64,000 nucleotides of DNA. Origin: an uncultured Phycisphaerales bacterium (GTDB lineage: Bacteria; Planctomycetota; Phycisphaerae; Tepidisphaerales; Tepidisphaeraceae). The position numbers and the translations under genes were made by a program. This document shows positions 63,767-64,000 of the stretch, one piece after another. The first letter of the stretch is position 1, and each line of letters begins with the position of its first letter. The stretch is taken from NCBI GenBank assembly GCA_963755915.1, contig CAVWLP010000003.1:832001-896000 (forward strand), in the 5' to 3' direction. The notes under the pieces are model-generated. The model did not search any database and was not told the DNA's origin. It saw nothing but the letters and a program-made list of their open reading frames with translations.

Positions 63767-64000
63767 GATGATTTCTGTCTCAGGTCGGGCCTCAGCGGGA
63801 TAGCCTCACGGCGCTAGACGTTTGTTTTCGGGCGCAAATCGGCGCATGTTTTAAAGCAAAGGGAAGGGCAAATGCAATGCAGAGCAGTGACGCCGACCTG
63901 CTTTTTTAGATAGTGCCGAAAGATTCACGGTTGCGGCACGAATACTATGGCGATAGCGTGGATTCACGGATCGCCGGCCGAATTTTTGATTGGCTCAAGG

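Overview
High-GC bacterial chromosomal window. Gene content and repeat types suggest a planctomycete (Phycisphaerae-like); this is an inference. Many conserved genes, including trpS, ettA and lpxI, are split by 1-2 nt indels, which most likely are long-read assembly errors. Contents in order: (1) 1-17.5 kb, exopolysaccharide/exosortase locus (glycosyltransferases, WecB/TagA fusion, exosortase, EpsI-like protein, Wzc-like kinase, priming sugar transferase, giant TPR protein, and a probable non-canonical exosortase substrate); (2) ettA, two DUF2142-like paralogues around a toxin-antitoxin pair and a sulfatase, GH43, trpS, rsmE, cytochrome c peroxidase, P450; (3) 40.6-51 kb, Wzm/Wzt-dependent surface-glycan cluster with methyltransferases and a kinase-GT2-GT2 fusion; (4) phosphoesterase lipoprotein, lpxI, hslU, GNAT, more TA genes; (5) the highlight, a complete IS110-family (IS1111-type) element at 61641-63121 inserted into an ~80-bp palindromic repeat. 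Two empty copies of that repeat lie in the window. The element's downstream non-coding region contains a stem-loop whose internal-loop strands match both halves of the insertion site, i.e. a bridge/seekRNA whose guide can be read directly from the sequence.
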